From Eledone cirrhosa (taxonomy: Eukaryota): a stretch of 64,000 nt of DNA. This document shows positions 21,246-35,076 of this stretch, one piece after another. Every line of letters begins with the position of its first letter. Position 1 is the stretch's first letter. The notes beneath the pieces are model-generated. The model was not told the origin of the DNA, ran no database searches, and saw only the letters and a program-made list of their open reading frames with translations. A program made the translations under genes and the position numbers. Location: the NCBI GenBank assembly GCA_964016885.1, contig OZ024740.1:281852001-281916000 (forward strand). Reading direction: 5' to 3'.

Positions 21246-22249
21246 AGCATTAAAAGAATGACATATTTGGAACCAATATTACAAATATTATGGTCACACA
21301 AGTCACCCCAAAGCATTGACCTCAATGTTTTGGCTATGTCATTCCTCAACTGGAGACATCTAAGGTCTACTGTGTACTCAAGGGAGATTTTCAGTTCAAC
21401 ATATCCATGCTTAATTCCAATCTCGTCTCTGCTCATGTGACTCCCACCATATTTATTCATCTTTTTCTACCATGAGCAGATTCTATCACATATACATACC
21501 AGAGTATACATTTGCTATCACCAGTCCAGCTGCTCTTTTTCATATCATTTGTACTTTCTCTTACAAGTCAATGTTACACATACAATTCATCTAATTTTTT
21601 TAGCCTCAGAAATTTTCTGTATTCAAAACAAATACCATAGAGCAGCATGTTTTTACATATAGTTCTCATGGGTTTTTTTATGACAGAGAAGGAACAGCTT
21701 CCTAAATTTCTTTCTTGCTTTAGCTACTACAATCTCACTCAAACCAGTCTTAATATTAATTAAACTTTGCAGATAAAAAGATATCTTCTATATCTAATAC
21801 TTTTCATGGGTACCTTAGCTGTAAACTATTATTGTACATCTTGTGCATTTGAAGCATTGATTCTCTGCTAATTTGCCAGCGATCTCTTTGCTTCTTTTAT
21901 GTACCCATTCTTTGCTCTAAGTACATAATTTATGTTCTTACCCATTCGCTTCCTCTATATTTTCCAAATAACAGAGATTTGTGCTCTCTGTTAATAGTAT
22001 TTTTGGTTTTTGATAGGTAGACCTTTGAACTCTTGATCATTTTCCCAGACCTTAAACATGTGTGAAGGTCTGTGAGAAATTGTATTGTAAGAAAGTTACA
22101 TTATCAAGTTTGTAGTTAGATACTTTGTTTGTATCAATGACTGCAAATTTATTGTCTTAAAATTAATTTTTCTAACTGTACAAAAAGCTGTCCCAAACAA
22201 ATGACCAGCAGAAGAGATGTATTTTCCACTACCAATCATAATGATTGGG

Positions 22250-23900
22250 CATGGTCATTTCAATAAGACACAGACACTTAAAATTACAATCAAATTGTTG
22301 CAATTTAGCAGAATCTAATTTTATTATATTTTTTAATGATTTGGTCAGGCTGGTGAGATTGGTGTGGTTAATGTTCACTGGCAACATCCGTTTGTGAACA
22401 TCTGCATGAAAAACATGGGTTGGAAAAAAAAGCATTTTTCCAGAGAATTAATGGGGAAACAAGGATTTGGTTCGTACAGAGTATTATGTGAAACAGTATG
22501 GGTGATAAGAAGAGATGATGTGGGTGAAGGCAATATGCAATTCAGGTACTAGTGTGGTAAGCAGAAAAAGATGGTGCATCTGTGGGCAGAGTTTGTAATG
22601 TGTTGGTGAGTCTGCCAATCAAGTAGATCTCTTAGTTTTGGATGCAGTTTATAGTGTTTCTGTATAGCAGCAGCACTGCCCCAGTGATGGAAACAGCATT
22701 CTATTGTAGTTCTTTCGTCAGCTTTGTAGATCTTTGGGATATAGTTTTTGCTATTATATGTATGTGGGATCTCCAAAAAAAAAAATCATCAGAATTGTGA
22801 GGCTTAGCATTTGTAGTAACATTGTAGGATTTAATAATGTATTGTCCAAAAGTAGAGATGGTGAGGTACAGGAATGTTTCTTTGATATGAGCAGTGATTA
22901 TGTCTTTATTTTGTTGAAAGGGACAACATTGTAATGTCCCCATTGAAGAAATTTGTGGGCTGTGTTCATAGAGACAGTGTAGGTTGGATATGAGGTATAT
23001 CTAGGCTGCATGTGAAAGATGTCTGTGTGTGTGTGGAAGGTGAGGGAAAAGTAAAGTGTGGTATCATCTGCATAGGAGTGGTGTTAAAGGTGACAGTAAA
23101 GCATGTTTTAATGTACAGGAGGAAGCGTGTGGGGGCATAACTAACCTTGGAACATAGAAGAATGTGGATTAGAGAGAGAGCCCTGCCATTGCGTACTGCA
23201 ATATGACAGGAAACGTCCAATCAAAGATTATATAAAAAGATATATTGCATCCAATTTTGAAGAGATAAGACATAGAAATACCTTAGGTAGGCAATGTAGC
23301 TAGATTTTGATGCCAAATAAGACATTCTTTTTACTGATGTTCTCAAAGATGACATCGAAAAGCAGATAATCAGTAGATGTGACTCTATAGAAAGCCTCAA
23401 GGTATTGAAGAAGGTGGAATTGTTAACAGTTGTTTCCATCAGCTTTGAGATGTTGGTGGCAATACATCAGTACTTGACGAGGTGAGAGAAGTGGCCATTT
23501 TGTGGGATGGAACATGCTATGACATGATCCCAAAGATCAAAATAGTTTTCTGTAGTGAGAGAAAGATTGAAGAGTCTGGTGAGGATTAGCTCTGGAGCTC
23601 AATGTTTGAGAGTGAAAGAAGGGATATTGTCAGAGCTAGTTGTCTTATTGATTTAATGAAACCAAGAGGTTGTGACTTGGTATATATGTGTATGTGGTGG
23701 TGAAACTGGCAGGGTCATGAAGTTTTCGAAGAGTCTTGTATAGCATATGTGTATTGAAGAATTAGAAGCAAACGTTATAAATGTGAAACTTTTCTCTGCA
23801 AAAGTACTGCTTAAAGAGCCATCTTGAACGCTGTTGGGTTGGAGAATTAAGGAAAGTTGGTAGATATCCTCTTGGCAAAGGATCAAAAGACGGGTTGTAA
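22250..23900 (-). mobile_element. Old, heavily decayed APE-type LINE reverse transcriptase remnant
   Basis: Residual motifs ISKLMETTVN (~23440), QGS (~23183) and SYADDT (~23070) in RT order, with many stops. Boundaries approximate. Confidence 0.6.
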
Positions 23901-24727
23901 TTTGGGATGTGAGAAAACTAGTATCGTTTTTGAGTATCGTTCTTTTATTTAAAATATACTTCCTCCAAAAATTAATGAAAATACAAAAAGGGCTTGTTGT
24001 GTACGAAACCTGTCATTGGGACTACACGGCAAAACCCTGCTTTTGTGAAGATGACCATAAAATGCATGTTAATGTATGAAATAGTAATGTTGTAGAGAAC
24101 ACTTACTGTTTGAAAAATAGTGCCCAAACATTTTAAAAGCTGATACTCTGAATTTGGCAACTGTTAAAATATCTATTACAAAAGTATGCTTATATTAGCT
24201 CACTAAAGTCCTATAAATAATATAATCGTTTATATATATAAAATAATTGAAAACAATTCTTTATACATACTCCAAACCCATCTATTTTTAAAATACAAAA
24301 ATCAAGTTTTTACCATAAGACAGCCTGAAGATGTGCTCTTGTAAAATGGGTTTATTTCATTTCTTCTCATTTGGTGTTTTGTATGAAATGCTCTAAATCT
24401 TGATTTATATTGTATTTTTTTTCTTTTAAATTATAAAATATCAACCTGCCTGTTAGCTGAATCATGTCTTCACTATCATCTATACAATTTTTCATGTAAT
24501 AAAATGATGGGTTTTATACACAATTTTTAAAATATATGAAAATTACAAAAAATAAATAAACTGTACTTGAACATCAGACATTTGTAGTTTTGTTTTCTTA
24601 TTTTATGTGAATTTTTATTTTATTTATAACATATTGGACATTTGTTTACCATTATATCTAAGTTGGAAGGTAATAACCTATTACGAGTTGAAAATTCTTT
24701 ATGTTGAAATGCTTGGGATTAGAAGTA

Positions 24728-25258
24728 CAGTAATCCCCCGCTATATCACAGATCACTTTTTGTGGTCCCGCTAGATCGCGGATTTTTCCTTAGAACATAT
24801 CTATTTTCTTATCACAGTACGTACGTCTGAATAAAAAGTGTTTAGAATTTAAACTTATTAAATAAGTTTCGATGTGATTGAAATGTAAGGCTTTAACTAT
24901 AAAAATGTTTATATTCTTCATTCCATTAGTTTTACTGATTATGTTTTTCTCTAATCTCCTACAAACCCATCATAGATTGACGGGAGATGTGCAGTGTATT
25001 ATCAAGAGGCTAACGTGGCTGGTAATGGTCATCATTGGTAACTAGTGGTATGATCATTCGTGATAGTTTCTATACGATTGTTACTGGCTGTTTTCGGTGT
25101 TTAAATACAAAAGTGTGTTTTAATGAGTTTATATGTGCTTAAAGCATGTAGGAGAGGTATTTTGAGGCTTAAACTATGAAAACAACGGTTGTCTTTATGG
25201 TTTCTCTATATCGCAGTTGGTTCTGGAACATATCTCGTACGATAAACGGGGATTACTG
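24728..25258. mobile_element. Tigger/pogo-like MITE
   Basis: TA|CAGTAATCCCC...GGGGATTACTG|TA terminal inverted repeats with TA TSD. Confidence 0.85.
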
Positions 25259-28200
25259 TATATCGTATTTGGGAAAATTTTGTATATAGCTTGATGATGG
25301 AACCTAAGTCTAAACGCCAATATCTATTTACATTTCACAATACTTGAAGGTAGTTATAGATAAACTACACATGATAAACATCACCTGGGAACCTTCACAG
25401 TGCTTTGTGGTGAGTCGTGTCAGCATTAGAAAAACTGTCAGATAAAGGATTCTTAACCTATTAGCATTTATATTACTCTATATATGGTACGGTTCTGTAA
25501 CCCCTGATAGACATATGGCTTCAGTTGGGCATTTTAAGCCTGGCAGAGCCCATCTCTCTCCAGGTCTGAGTACAGCAAACTTTTTCCAGAGAAAAATAGA
25601 AAGTGAGAGAGGTAATGAGAAAGATATATAGACTGGTACTTTTTTATATCGACCTCGAAAGGCTGAAAGGCAAAGTTGAACTCAGAGAGCCGGACTGAAA
25701 ACCATAAAGCATATCCAATGTTCTAACGACTCTGCCAATTCGATGCCTTACTCCATATATACTGTTATATTTTATTGGTAAAGGCTTTATCTCACATATC
25801 GAATCTATGAGATTTTGATATTATTTATTTTGAGAACAATACCTTAACATCAGTATGCATGGCCGGTTTGAATAGAAAGAGGTGAGATAATTCTGGCCAG
25901 ATACAGCCGGTTTAAATGCTAAAGGGTTAACCAGTACTATTTTCTTTTCTCTGCTCCATCTATTTTTGAAGAAAATGAAGAAAAAGGAAAAACATGGAGA
26001 TAGAGAGTAAGAAAGAAATGAATCGGTGGAGATAAAGAAGAAAATAAAATGATAGAAATGTAAATAATAATTGTGTCTACTTTTGGCACGAGGCCAGCAA
26101 TTAACCAGTGCATTACTGGTACTTTATTTTATTGACCCCGTAAGGATGAAGGGCAAAGTTAACCTCAGCAGGATTTGAACTCAGACCGTAAAGGGCCGTA
26201 ACTCTACGCTGCAAAGCATGGTGTCCGACTCTCTACCAATACTGCCAATCCACCGCCCTAGAAGTGTAAATAATTATAAAAATAAGCCAGAACAAAAAGA
26301 AAGTAGAGAGTAATGAGAAGAGAATGTACAAGCAAGATTAAAAAGAAATTAACCCATTTGTTCCATATTTTTAATGAAAGACACTGCCTGTGAATTTTCA
26401 AATAATTTTGAAAATAATGTAGAATTTGGGAGGATTTAGTAATATAACTAACTTTCTTCTTATTAAGCTAATGTTATGATGGAAAGGTATTAAATAAATT
26501 ACACGCTGTGTAGTAAAGGAATTTGCTTTGCAATCATAAAGTTCTAGGTTATCATGCTGTGTGACACCTTGGGCAAGTGTCTTCCACTATTTATTGCCTC
26601 TGGTTAATCAGTGCCTTGTGAGTGGAATTTGGTAGACAGAAATAGCAGATGTGTGTATATGTCCATGTTTATGTTCATATCTGTGTCTCATAATTTAGCA
26701 GTTCAACAAAAAAAACTTGGATAAAATAAGCCCTGGAGTTGATATGATTAACTAAATTCCTTCAATATAGTACCCCAGCATTGCCACAGTCTAAAGACTG
26801 AAAATAGCAAAAGAATAGAATATATAAATGGAAGTTGTTTCTGTTTCTCTGTCTTGTACTCAAAAATTAGAAAACGAACAACCACAAAACTATATATATA
26901 TATATTCTGTTTACTACATTACCAGATATGTAATGGCAACATTTATTTTGATGTATGCTGATTCACGTGAATGAGTGTGTTTATACCATCATCATTTAAT
27001 GTCCATTTTATCTGCAAACAAGGGTTGGGTGAGTTATCACAGACCTAGTCAGTACTTAATCAGAGTTACTGACCTCTCTGGTTGGGAGGCCAGTACTAAA
27101 TCTGGGCTATATTTCACATTTCCACATTTTATTGTGTTTTAGCAATATTAGATTTTGTACTAGCAAGAGAAAATGTAGGTTTTGTTATGTGGCAATGTTA
27201 GCCGAAAGTGAATGTAACATAAAAGAAGTTGAAGTTAGTTGTTATTTGGTTGTCGCCATGGAAGAAGAGAATTTGCTGTTCTGGTGATAGAACCTTGGGA
27301 AAAAGATTTTCCCCTATCACGTCCAAGGTGGTGTCAGTAAAAGTATTATAAGACTTGGATGTGAAGGATACTTGTTCAGACATCACACGTCATTACCATC
27401 ATCATTGTTTAATGTCCATCTTCCATGCTAGCATGGGTCGGACGGTTTTGTCCCTCTTGAGGCGAGATTGGTTGGGAGACTTTGTATCGCTCGTACAGAA
27501 CTGTTTCTGGCAGATTTTCTACGGCTGGATGCCCTTCCTAACACCAACCATATTGACAGTGTGGACTGGGAGCCTTTTTACGATATCTCCTACATGACCA
27601 CTTTACAGTGTGGACTGGATGCTTTTTGTCGTGTCACCTACATGACCACTTTACAGTGGACAGAAATGGGAGGATGGAGTGGGGTGTATATTGGGTTTGA
27701 GCGACTTCCGTCCGTCCATTTCACAATGTGTGTGTGTAAAAGGAAGGAAGGTGGTGATGAAAAAACTATAACAAAACAGCGGCTGGCGTTCCATTTGCTA
27801 TGCTGTGTATGAGTATGTTTGTGTAAATGTATGTCTGTGTGTGTATTTTTGTAAGTGTGTCTGTGTTTGCGTGTTTATATTTACATACTCATACATATAA
27901 AGGCATGCATATGCAGTCACACACATACACATTCAACGTTAGTGTGCTGAAAAAATCCTAGTACACAAAAATTTTGTACATAGAAAAAATAATTATTAAT
28001 GTTTATTTTAAGATACTATAATGATTAATATTTCAATTTGCACAATTTTATACTGCAATTGTGTGATGAAAGATTGTTACTCATAATTAAAGAATAAAGA
28101 TCTGAATAAAAAATCAATTTGTATGTTTATTAATAAAAAAAATATACAGTGGATTTTTATATATTTGCTTTTTTAAAATGCATTTTTCATATTAAGTTAA

Positions 28201-29802
28201 ATGTAATATTAAGTTAAATGAAAAACATTTTCAAATAATTTAGAAAATAATCAAGAATTTGGAGAGATTTAGTATAACTTCATTATTCGGTGAATTGGCA
28301 GTATCGGTAAAGGGTTGGATGCCATGCTTTCTAGCATAGTTACACCCCTTTACGGTCTGAGTTCAAATCCCGTCGAGGTTAACTTTACCTTTCATCCTTA
28401 CGGGGTCGATAAAATAAAGTACCAGTAGAAACAATTATTAAGCTGGTATTTGGAACATAATCTAACAAAGGTTCTTACATAAAATTATGGTAGAAGGTGT
28501 TTAGATAAATATAAACAGCTTTCTACCATACAACTAGGGGCAGTTTCAAATGGCTTGGTACCAAAATAGTTAAATAGCTGTGTAAAGAAAAAAAAAAATG
28601 TTTCTAACAATATTTGAATTCTAAAATTAGTCTAGTATCACAATCAGAAGGTTTACTTCAAAGTAGTTCATTGTGTCCAATGATTAAGAACATATTGGAT
28701 CCCTTTCCGTGGTTTAGTGGTTAGAGAATTGGATTCACAATCATGAGGTTGCAAGTTCAATTCCAAAACTGGTTGATGCATTATGTCTTTAAGCAAGACA
28801 CTTTATTTCATGTTGTTCTTTCTGCCAATTATGACTGGTAGAGAGTACCAGCAATGAAAATACCAATGGAAACATTGTTTCCTTGATCCAATTTGACGAG
28901 CTCTACTCAAATCGGTAAGCAAATACGGTCTGGGACTATGTCGATTGTTCCTTCCTCTTTGGGAGAAAAATTTATTCATAAACAGTGAATATATTTGTTT
29001 TCTTTTTTACATTCATTTTTTCCTAGCGAAGAATATATTTTCACTGTAGCAATTGTTTTTACTACTGGATACTAATATATAGTATAAGTTGAAATTGATT
29101 TTGTCTGGCAGATAAAGTGGGGTTCCTTGGAAGGGTCTTTGGAGTAACATTACTTGATAGAGTGCATAGCTTGGAGGTCAGAGAGTTGCTTCAGGTAGAA
29201 CTGCTAATTCTGCGAACTGAGAGATCACAGCTCTGATATTATGAGCATGTGGTTAGAAAATCTCAGGAAAGAATTGCTGGACAGATTTTATGGGCAAAAA
29301 TCAACTGGCAGGGGACCCAGAGCAAAATGGTTGGATAACATCCATGAGCTTGGCTGGTCTCATTTGGGGTTCCAGCCAGATCAATTGGAGATGGTTGCTT
29401 CTGACAGGATCCACTGGAAAGAGTGTTTGAGGACTTTGCAACCACGGCCCTCTCAGGAATATGTAAGCAAAGAAAGTTATGTGCTTTGCTCAAAGATCAA
29501 ATACACTGGCAATAGAAGTAATATTTGAACTGATAACCATGTGGTTTATAGTCCAGCATCTTAACCACACAGCTAATTACTTCAATTATCTGTGTATCAA
29601 CTCTATAATTGTATTGATGAATACTTTTGAAAAAATATTTTCAGGCTATTAAGCTCATTTTTCGTTTTGCTTATTTTCTTGAAAAAGCAAAACCAAATAA
29701 ATGAGGGAAAAAAAGGTTAAAGTTAACTGAATAAATAAATGTCCTTATCATTATAATAATTAGTAGTATTAACTCATCTAAAAGGTTTTCACCTATGATT
29801 AT

Positions 29803-29812
29803 TTTATTTATT
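29803..29812 (-). promoter_or_regulatory. Candidate polyadenylation signals of paralog B
   Basis: Two overlapping minus-strand AATAAA ~35-45 nt after the stop codon. Confidence 0.3.
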
Positions 29813-29846
29813 GTATAATGAACTGATAAATTATATTTGAGCATAT

Positions 29847-29939
29847 TCATGCTACAAATACCTGACCCATAAATGTGTCTGACATTTCCCAAAGAAGTGA
29901 TTTAATCAGCTTTACAATTCTTTCAATGTTTTTCATGTC
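29847..29939 (-). CDS. CRPPA: ISPD/CRPPA paralog B, exon 9 (stop codon)
   Basis: TTTACAG acceptor. Translates DMKNIERIVKLIKSLLWEMSDTFMGQVFVA*, resembling the GQLLIA* end of vertebrate CRPPA. The nine exons sum to 1179 nt (392 aa + stop) with consistent phases. Confidence 0.92.
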   Translation of the reverse strand, partial: DMKNIERIVKLIKSLLWEMSDTFMGQVFVA

Positions 29940-30505
29940 CTGTAAAGAGAAAGAACATAATTTCTTTAGCAAATTCTTTTGAAAACATTACTGTATTCAG
30001 TCATTATTTAACAGTCATGCTGTGGCACTGCTATCAAGGGATTTAGTTGATCACATTGACCTTGGTACTTTATCTTTTTTCAAGTTTAGTACATATTTTA
30101 TTGATGTCTGTTTGTTGAACTGCTACGTTATAATAAAGATGCTATATATCACAAGCATCTGCATAGTTCTCATCTACTAAATTCACAAACAAGGTATTGA
30201 TCAACTTGAGGTTATAGTAGAAGGCACTTGCCTCAGGTTCCATACAGTAAAATCGAACATGGAACCATGTAATTGCAAAATTAACTTCTTGACCACACAT
30301 CTATACATATGCCTATAAAGAAAACTAGTTCAAAACATCAGAAATTACATTTTGTGTAAACAACTTGAGCAGGAATTAATTTTTAACCCTCTAGTTATAA
30401 TTCAAATCTTGCTGTAGGCAGTTTTAATGCTCATACAGTCCCACACTGTAAATGTGGTTGGTGTTAGGAAGGGTATCCAGCAGTAAAAGCCCCGGCCAAA
30501 TTTAC

Positions 30506-30682
30506 ATTCATTGAATTAGCTCAAGATATTCCTAATATTTTATTGTATTTGGAAATATCATCATCACCGTTTAACGTCCATTTTTCCATGCATGCATGGA
30601 AAAATGGACGTTAAACGGTGATGATGATGATATTTCCAAATACAATAAAATATTAGGAATATCTTGAGCTAATTCAATGAAT
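30506..30682. repeat. Near-perfect ~177-bp palindrome (retroposon tail + flank folded back)
   Basis: Centre CCATGCATGCATGG. The arms differ by one CAT/GAT unit. Confidence 0.93.
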
Positions 30683-30905
30683 TTTTTTCTCTCACATACA
30701 ACTTGTCTTCTTGAGTCATTCCTCTATTGAAGGTGAAACATTCATTTTGCTTTTTCCAATGGTTAGAATATATGTGGCTTGCCACATACAAAATTTAGTG
30801 TTATGCCCCATAAAAAAATCAAAAAAAATCAATACTATAAGATGTAAAACATTCACAAAATCAATTAGATTTAATTTTCCAATTTCATAAAATTGTAAAT
30901 TTTAC

Positions 30906-31193
30906 CTTTGTTAATATGAAAACTGGTGAAATATTTCTCTTGGATTTTTCAGTCAAACTTTTGGTATAATTTTGCAATTGATCCAACGTTTTAGAAAAAA
31001 TCATTTTCTTTGAGGCACAAATTAAAAAGATAATCATGCCCCCTTGCATAATTCTACTAGGTTCTTCAGTCCACATCTGTGATAATTCCTTTAAAGTCTT
31101 TAGAATTTCATCTAAATTCACAATGGTTTGACCAATTACAACACTGGTTAGTTGTTTAGGACATTGTTCTTCAACAGAATCTAATATGAAAAC
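30906..31193 (-). CDS. CRPPA: ISPD/CRPPA paralog B, exon 8 (C-terminal domain)
   Basis: TTAGCAG acceptor and AAG|GTAAA donor, 288 nt open frame VFILDSVEEQCPKQLTSVV...NISPVFILTK. Homologous to 6574-6858. Confidence 0.9.
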
Positions 31194-31870
31194 CTGCTAA
31201 GAAAGAAAACATAAAAATATGTCTAATGCCATTTGACTAAATTGGGAACTATATAAGATGTGAAAATAGTTTAGAAAACATGACTGATAATATTATCTAT
31301 TGGCCAACACATCAAAGGACAAATAGTGCTAGAAAATACTAAGGCACTCCACTTGATAATTAACTTAATTTTGTACTGTATGGAAAAATAAAATTACGAT
31401 GATTAATAATTCAGGCTTTTTATACTTTTAATGTATACCAAAAGAAACTTATTAAAAATCAGCAAAATATCCTTTTTAGAATGTTCTCTTCTTATTTGTT
31501 ATTGTAACCAGAATATGAACAGGATGGAAAAAGTTAAGAGAGCTATTACCTCTGCAGGCAATGATGGGGTCTCTTCGAAGCAGAAGGTAGATTATATGAT
31601 ACCTGCATGTAAAGTACAATGCTGTATAGCAGTGAAGTATAATACTTTGAATGCAGAAGATATGTAAAGACTGTAGAAAAATGAGCCATGTATGTGATGT
31701 GTATACATGATGATCATTGGGTGAAAAGTGCTAGGAGACATAAGTGAAAGAAAGAAGACCAAGGAAGACATGGGGAGAAGTAGTGAATATCAACCTTAGG
31801 ATGCTGAAAATAACAAAAAAAACTATGAAAACCAGATGTAGATAAATTGCCTATCAGGGTCATGCATGCT

Positions 31871-32203
31871 ATCATTCATTTCATTTCATTTTACGTCCGC
31901 TTTTCCCTGCTTGCAAGGGTGGGACGGGAACTGATTCTGGCTTGATTTCTACAGCTGGATGCTCTTCCTAACACCAACCTCATTTACAGTGAGTGCTGGG
32001 TGCTTTTTTGCCGTGGCGCCTACACGTCCACTTTGCAGTGGAATGATAGGGAACCCAGTCCCTATCATCTCATTTCTACAGCTGAGTAAACTGGAGCAAT
32101 GTGAAATAAAGTGTCTTGCTCAAGGAAACAACACATCACCCGGTCTGAGAATTGAACTCACAACCTTTCGATTGCAAGGCCAATGCTCTAACCACTAAGC
32201 CAT
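31871..32203 (-). mobile_element. tRNA-headed SINE family 2 with RTE-like tail (copies 33215-33610, 33611-33945, 62150-62505; related heads at 3849, 5365, 28705, 53520)
   Basis: Head CATGGCTTAGTGGTTAGAGCATT...GTGAGTTCAATTCTCAGACC. Tail TTGGTGTTAGGAAGGGCATCCAGCTGTAGAAA...AAAAGCGGACGTAAAATGA. Confidence 0.88.
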
Positions 32204-34990
32204 GTGCTATGTATAGAGAAATTGTCAACAAGGTGAGAGTTGACAATGAGTTCAGTGAGAAATTTAGGAAAGAAAATGGAGGGAAGTTATACTTGAAAAA
32301 AATAATTTTGAAAATAATCAAGGATTTTGAGGGATTTAGTAATATAACTAACTTTTTCATTTTTAAGTTACTGTTTGAAACATGACTGAACAAAATGACA
32401 TACAATTATGAAGGAAGGTTTAAATTTAAATAAAAACAGTTTATAAGAAACACCTTTATATCCTAGAACCAGTGGTGGTTTCAGCCGATTTGGTGTCAAA
32501 GGGGTTAATCTTTCAAACAAAAGCTATATGACAGTCATATGCAACAATGAAATTATTTACTTCTTTAATTATATTTCTGAGGTAATTTGTATTGTCTTAA
32601 GTTGTTTCGTTCTATTTTTTTTATATTAAACACAGATGATTTAAATGAATATTTCTCAACTGCGTGGGGCTTGAAGGGATATACTTAATCTTTAGGACCA
32701 TATGAAAAAAATGGCATAGAGGAGTTTGAAAACTGAGCACCAGTAGACATGCTAAATTTCTCACTGAACTCATTGTCAACTCTCACCTTGTTGACAATTT
32801 CTCTATACATAGCATGCATGACCCTGATAGGAAATTTATCTACATCTGGTTTTCATAGTAAATACCAGATTATGGAGTGTGGAACCTTATTAATAGTTTC
32901 CTCCAGATTGATGAATGATAGGCATAAGACTCACTCTTATCAAATTACTTCTCTTGCAGTGGTTTTACCAGGAAAATCTCATCAGCAGTACCTACTTATG
33001 GTACTAATTTTTTTCTTAATCAGAAGTACTAGAACACTTCTTACTACTTTCATAAAATGGCTGATCAGTTTGGTAACGTTGTAGTTTCTTCTTTCTAGAG
33101 CATCTTCTTTGCTCTTGTAGCAGCTGATGAACATACTGCTACACCAGTTTTTAGGTATGACACCTCCTTCTTTAATTTATCATCGATGGCTTGCCATTTA
33201 TAAAATAATAGATATCATCATCATCATCATCACCGTTTTATGTCCGTTCTTCCACGCTAGCATGGGTTAGACGGGTTGTCCTGTTGTGGGCAGTGCCAGT
33301 CGGCTAACCTTGTCTTGCTCATACAGGAACTGATTCAGGCTTGATTTCTACAGCTGATGCCCTTCCTAACACCAACCTCATTTACAGTGAGTGCTGGATG
33401 CTTTTTTTCTGTGGCGTCTACACGTCCACTTTACAGTGGAATGATAGGGACCCCAGTCCTATCATCTCATTTCTACAGCTGAATAAACTGAAACAATGTG
33501 AAATAAAGTGCCTTGCTCAAGAAAACAACACATCACCCGGTCTGAGAATTGAACTGACAACCTTTCGATTGCAAGCCCAATGCTCTAACCACTAAGCCAT
33601 GCACCTTCACATCATCATTTCATTTTACGTCCGCTTTTCCCTGCTTGCAAGGGTGGGACGGGAACTGATTCTGGCTTGATTTCTACAGCTGGATGCCCTT
33701 CCTAACACCAACCTCATTTACAGTGAGTGCTGGGTGCTTTTTTTCCGTGGCACCTCCACGACCACTTTGCAGTGAAATGATATGGATCCCAGTCCCTATC
33801 ATCTCATTTCTACAGCTGAGTAAACTGGAGCAATGTGAAATAAAGTGTCTTGCTCAAGAAAACAACATATCACCCAGTCTGAGAATTGAACTCACAACCT
33901 TTCGATTGCAAGGCCAATGCTCTAACCACTAAGCCATATGCCTCCATATATTAACCATTATAATACTTCCTGATTTGGTCATCATTTTTGCTTGGTTATT
34001 ATAGCCATATTGTCCATGAAGGATATTTCTGGGTTAGAGTATGCTACTTAATGAAGTGATTCATCATGCTATTTAGCTGACTGGTATTTATGGGGAATAT
34101 GGAATGTAACTGCCCTTGTACATTAAAAGGTACATAGATATATGTTTATGTCAAAAGTTAGAAGTGTATTTCACAACAGTTTTTGAATAAGTAAAAATGT
34201 AAGAAGCCAATACAACAGATTGGATTATGGAAACTATGCTTCTGTTAGATTTTCCATTGCTGATCCTAGCTACCAGTCACAGCACAAGGCAAGTTTCATA
34301 GCTTTTTCAGTAACAGGAGGTGGGATTTGAACTATGAACGCTCAGAGCTGGAACAGCAAGGTATTTAATTTGCCACACTAATAGGAAGTCCATATATCTC
34401 TTCTTCTTTGCTCACTTATTCCTGAGGGGGTCATAGGGCCAGCATCCTCAAACACACCCTCCAGTGGGTCCTGTCAGAAGCAACCATCTCCAACTGATCC
34501 GCTGGATCCCCAAGTGTGACCAGCCAACCACATGGATGTTGTCCAGCCATCTTGCTTGGGGTCTACCCCTGGGTCTCCTACCTGTTGGTTTCGCCTGTAA
34601 AATCTGTCCAGCGATTCTTTCCTGAGACATTCTAACCATATTCCCATAGCATCAGAGCTGTGATCTCTCAATTCAGAGATGTAACGGCTCTACCTGGAGT
34701 GACTCTCTGATCTCCAAGCTATGCACTCTATCGTGTAACATTACTCCAAAGACCCTTCGGAGGAAGCCTATTTCGACTGCTTGTAATCGCAATCGTATTC
34801 TTTCAGTCATTACCTTATGGTCATAAATCTTGTGTAACGACCAAAAGAAGTTCATGTATCTAACAAATTTAATTTTTTAGAATCTCTCAGACCTTTCTTA
34901 TGGTGAAGATGAAAAGCAACAGTTATAAATCTAGGTCAGTAAGTACAAATTATTTAAAATTCATATTAAGCAAAAATGCAAGTTACTAAC

Positions 34991-35076
34991 CTTGATAAGA
35001 TGTTCCTCTAAATGATATTTCAGAGCTGATACCAATTTGGAGTTTGGAATATTGACTAATCCAACGTTAGATTTTT
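34991..35076 (-). CDS. CRPPA: ISPD/CRPPA paralog B, exon 7
   Basis: TTTAG acceptor and GTTAGT donor, 86 nt. Translates (E)KSNVGLVNIPNSKLVSALKYHLEEHLIK, homologous to 4297-4385. Confidence 0.88.
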
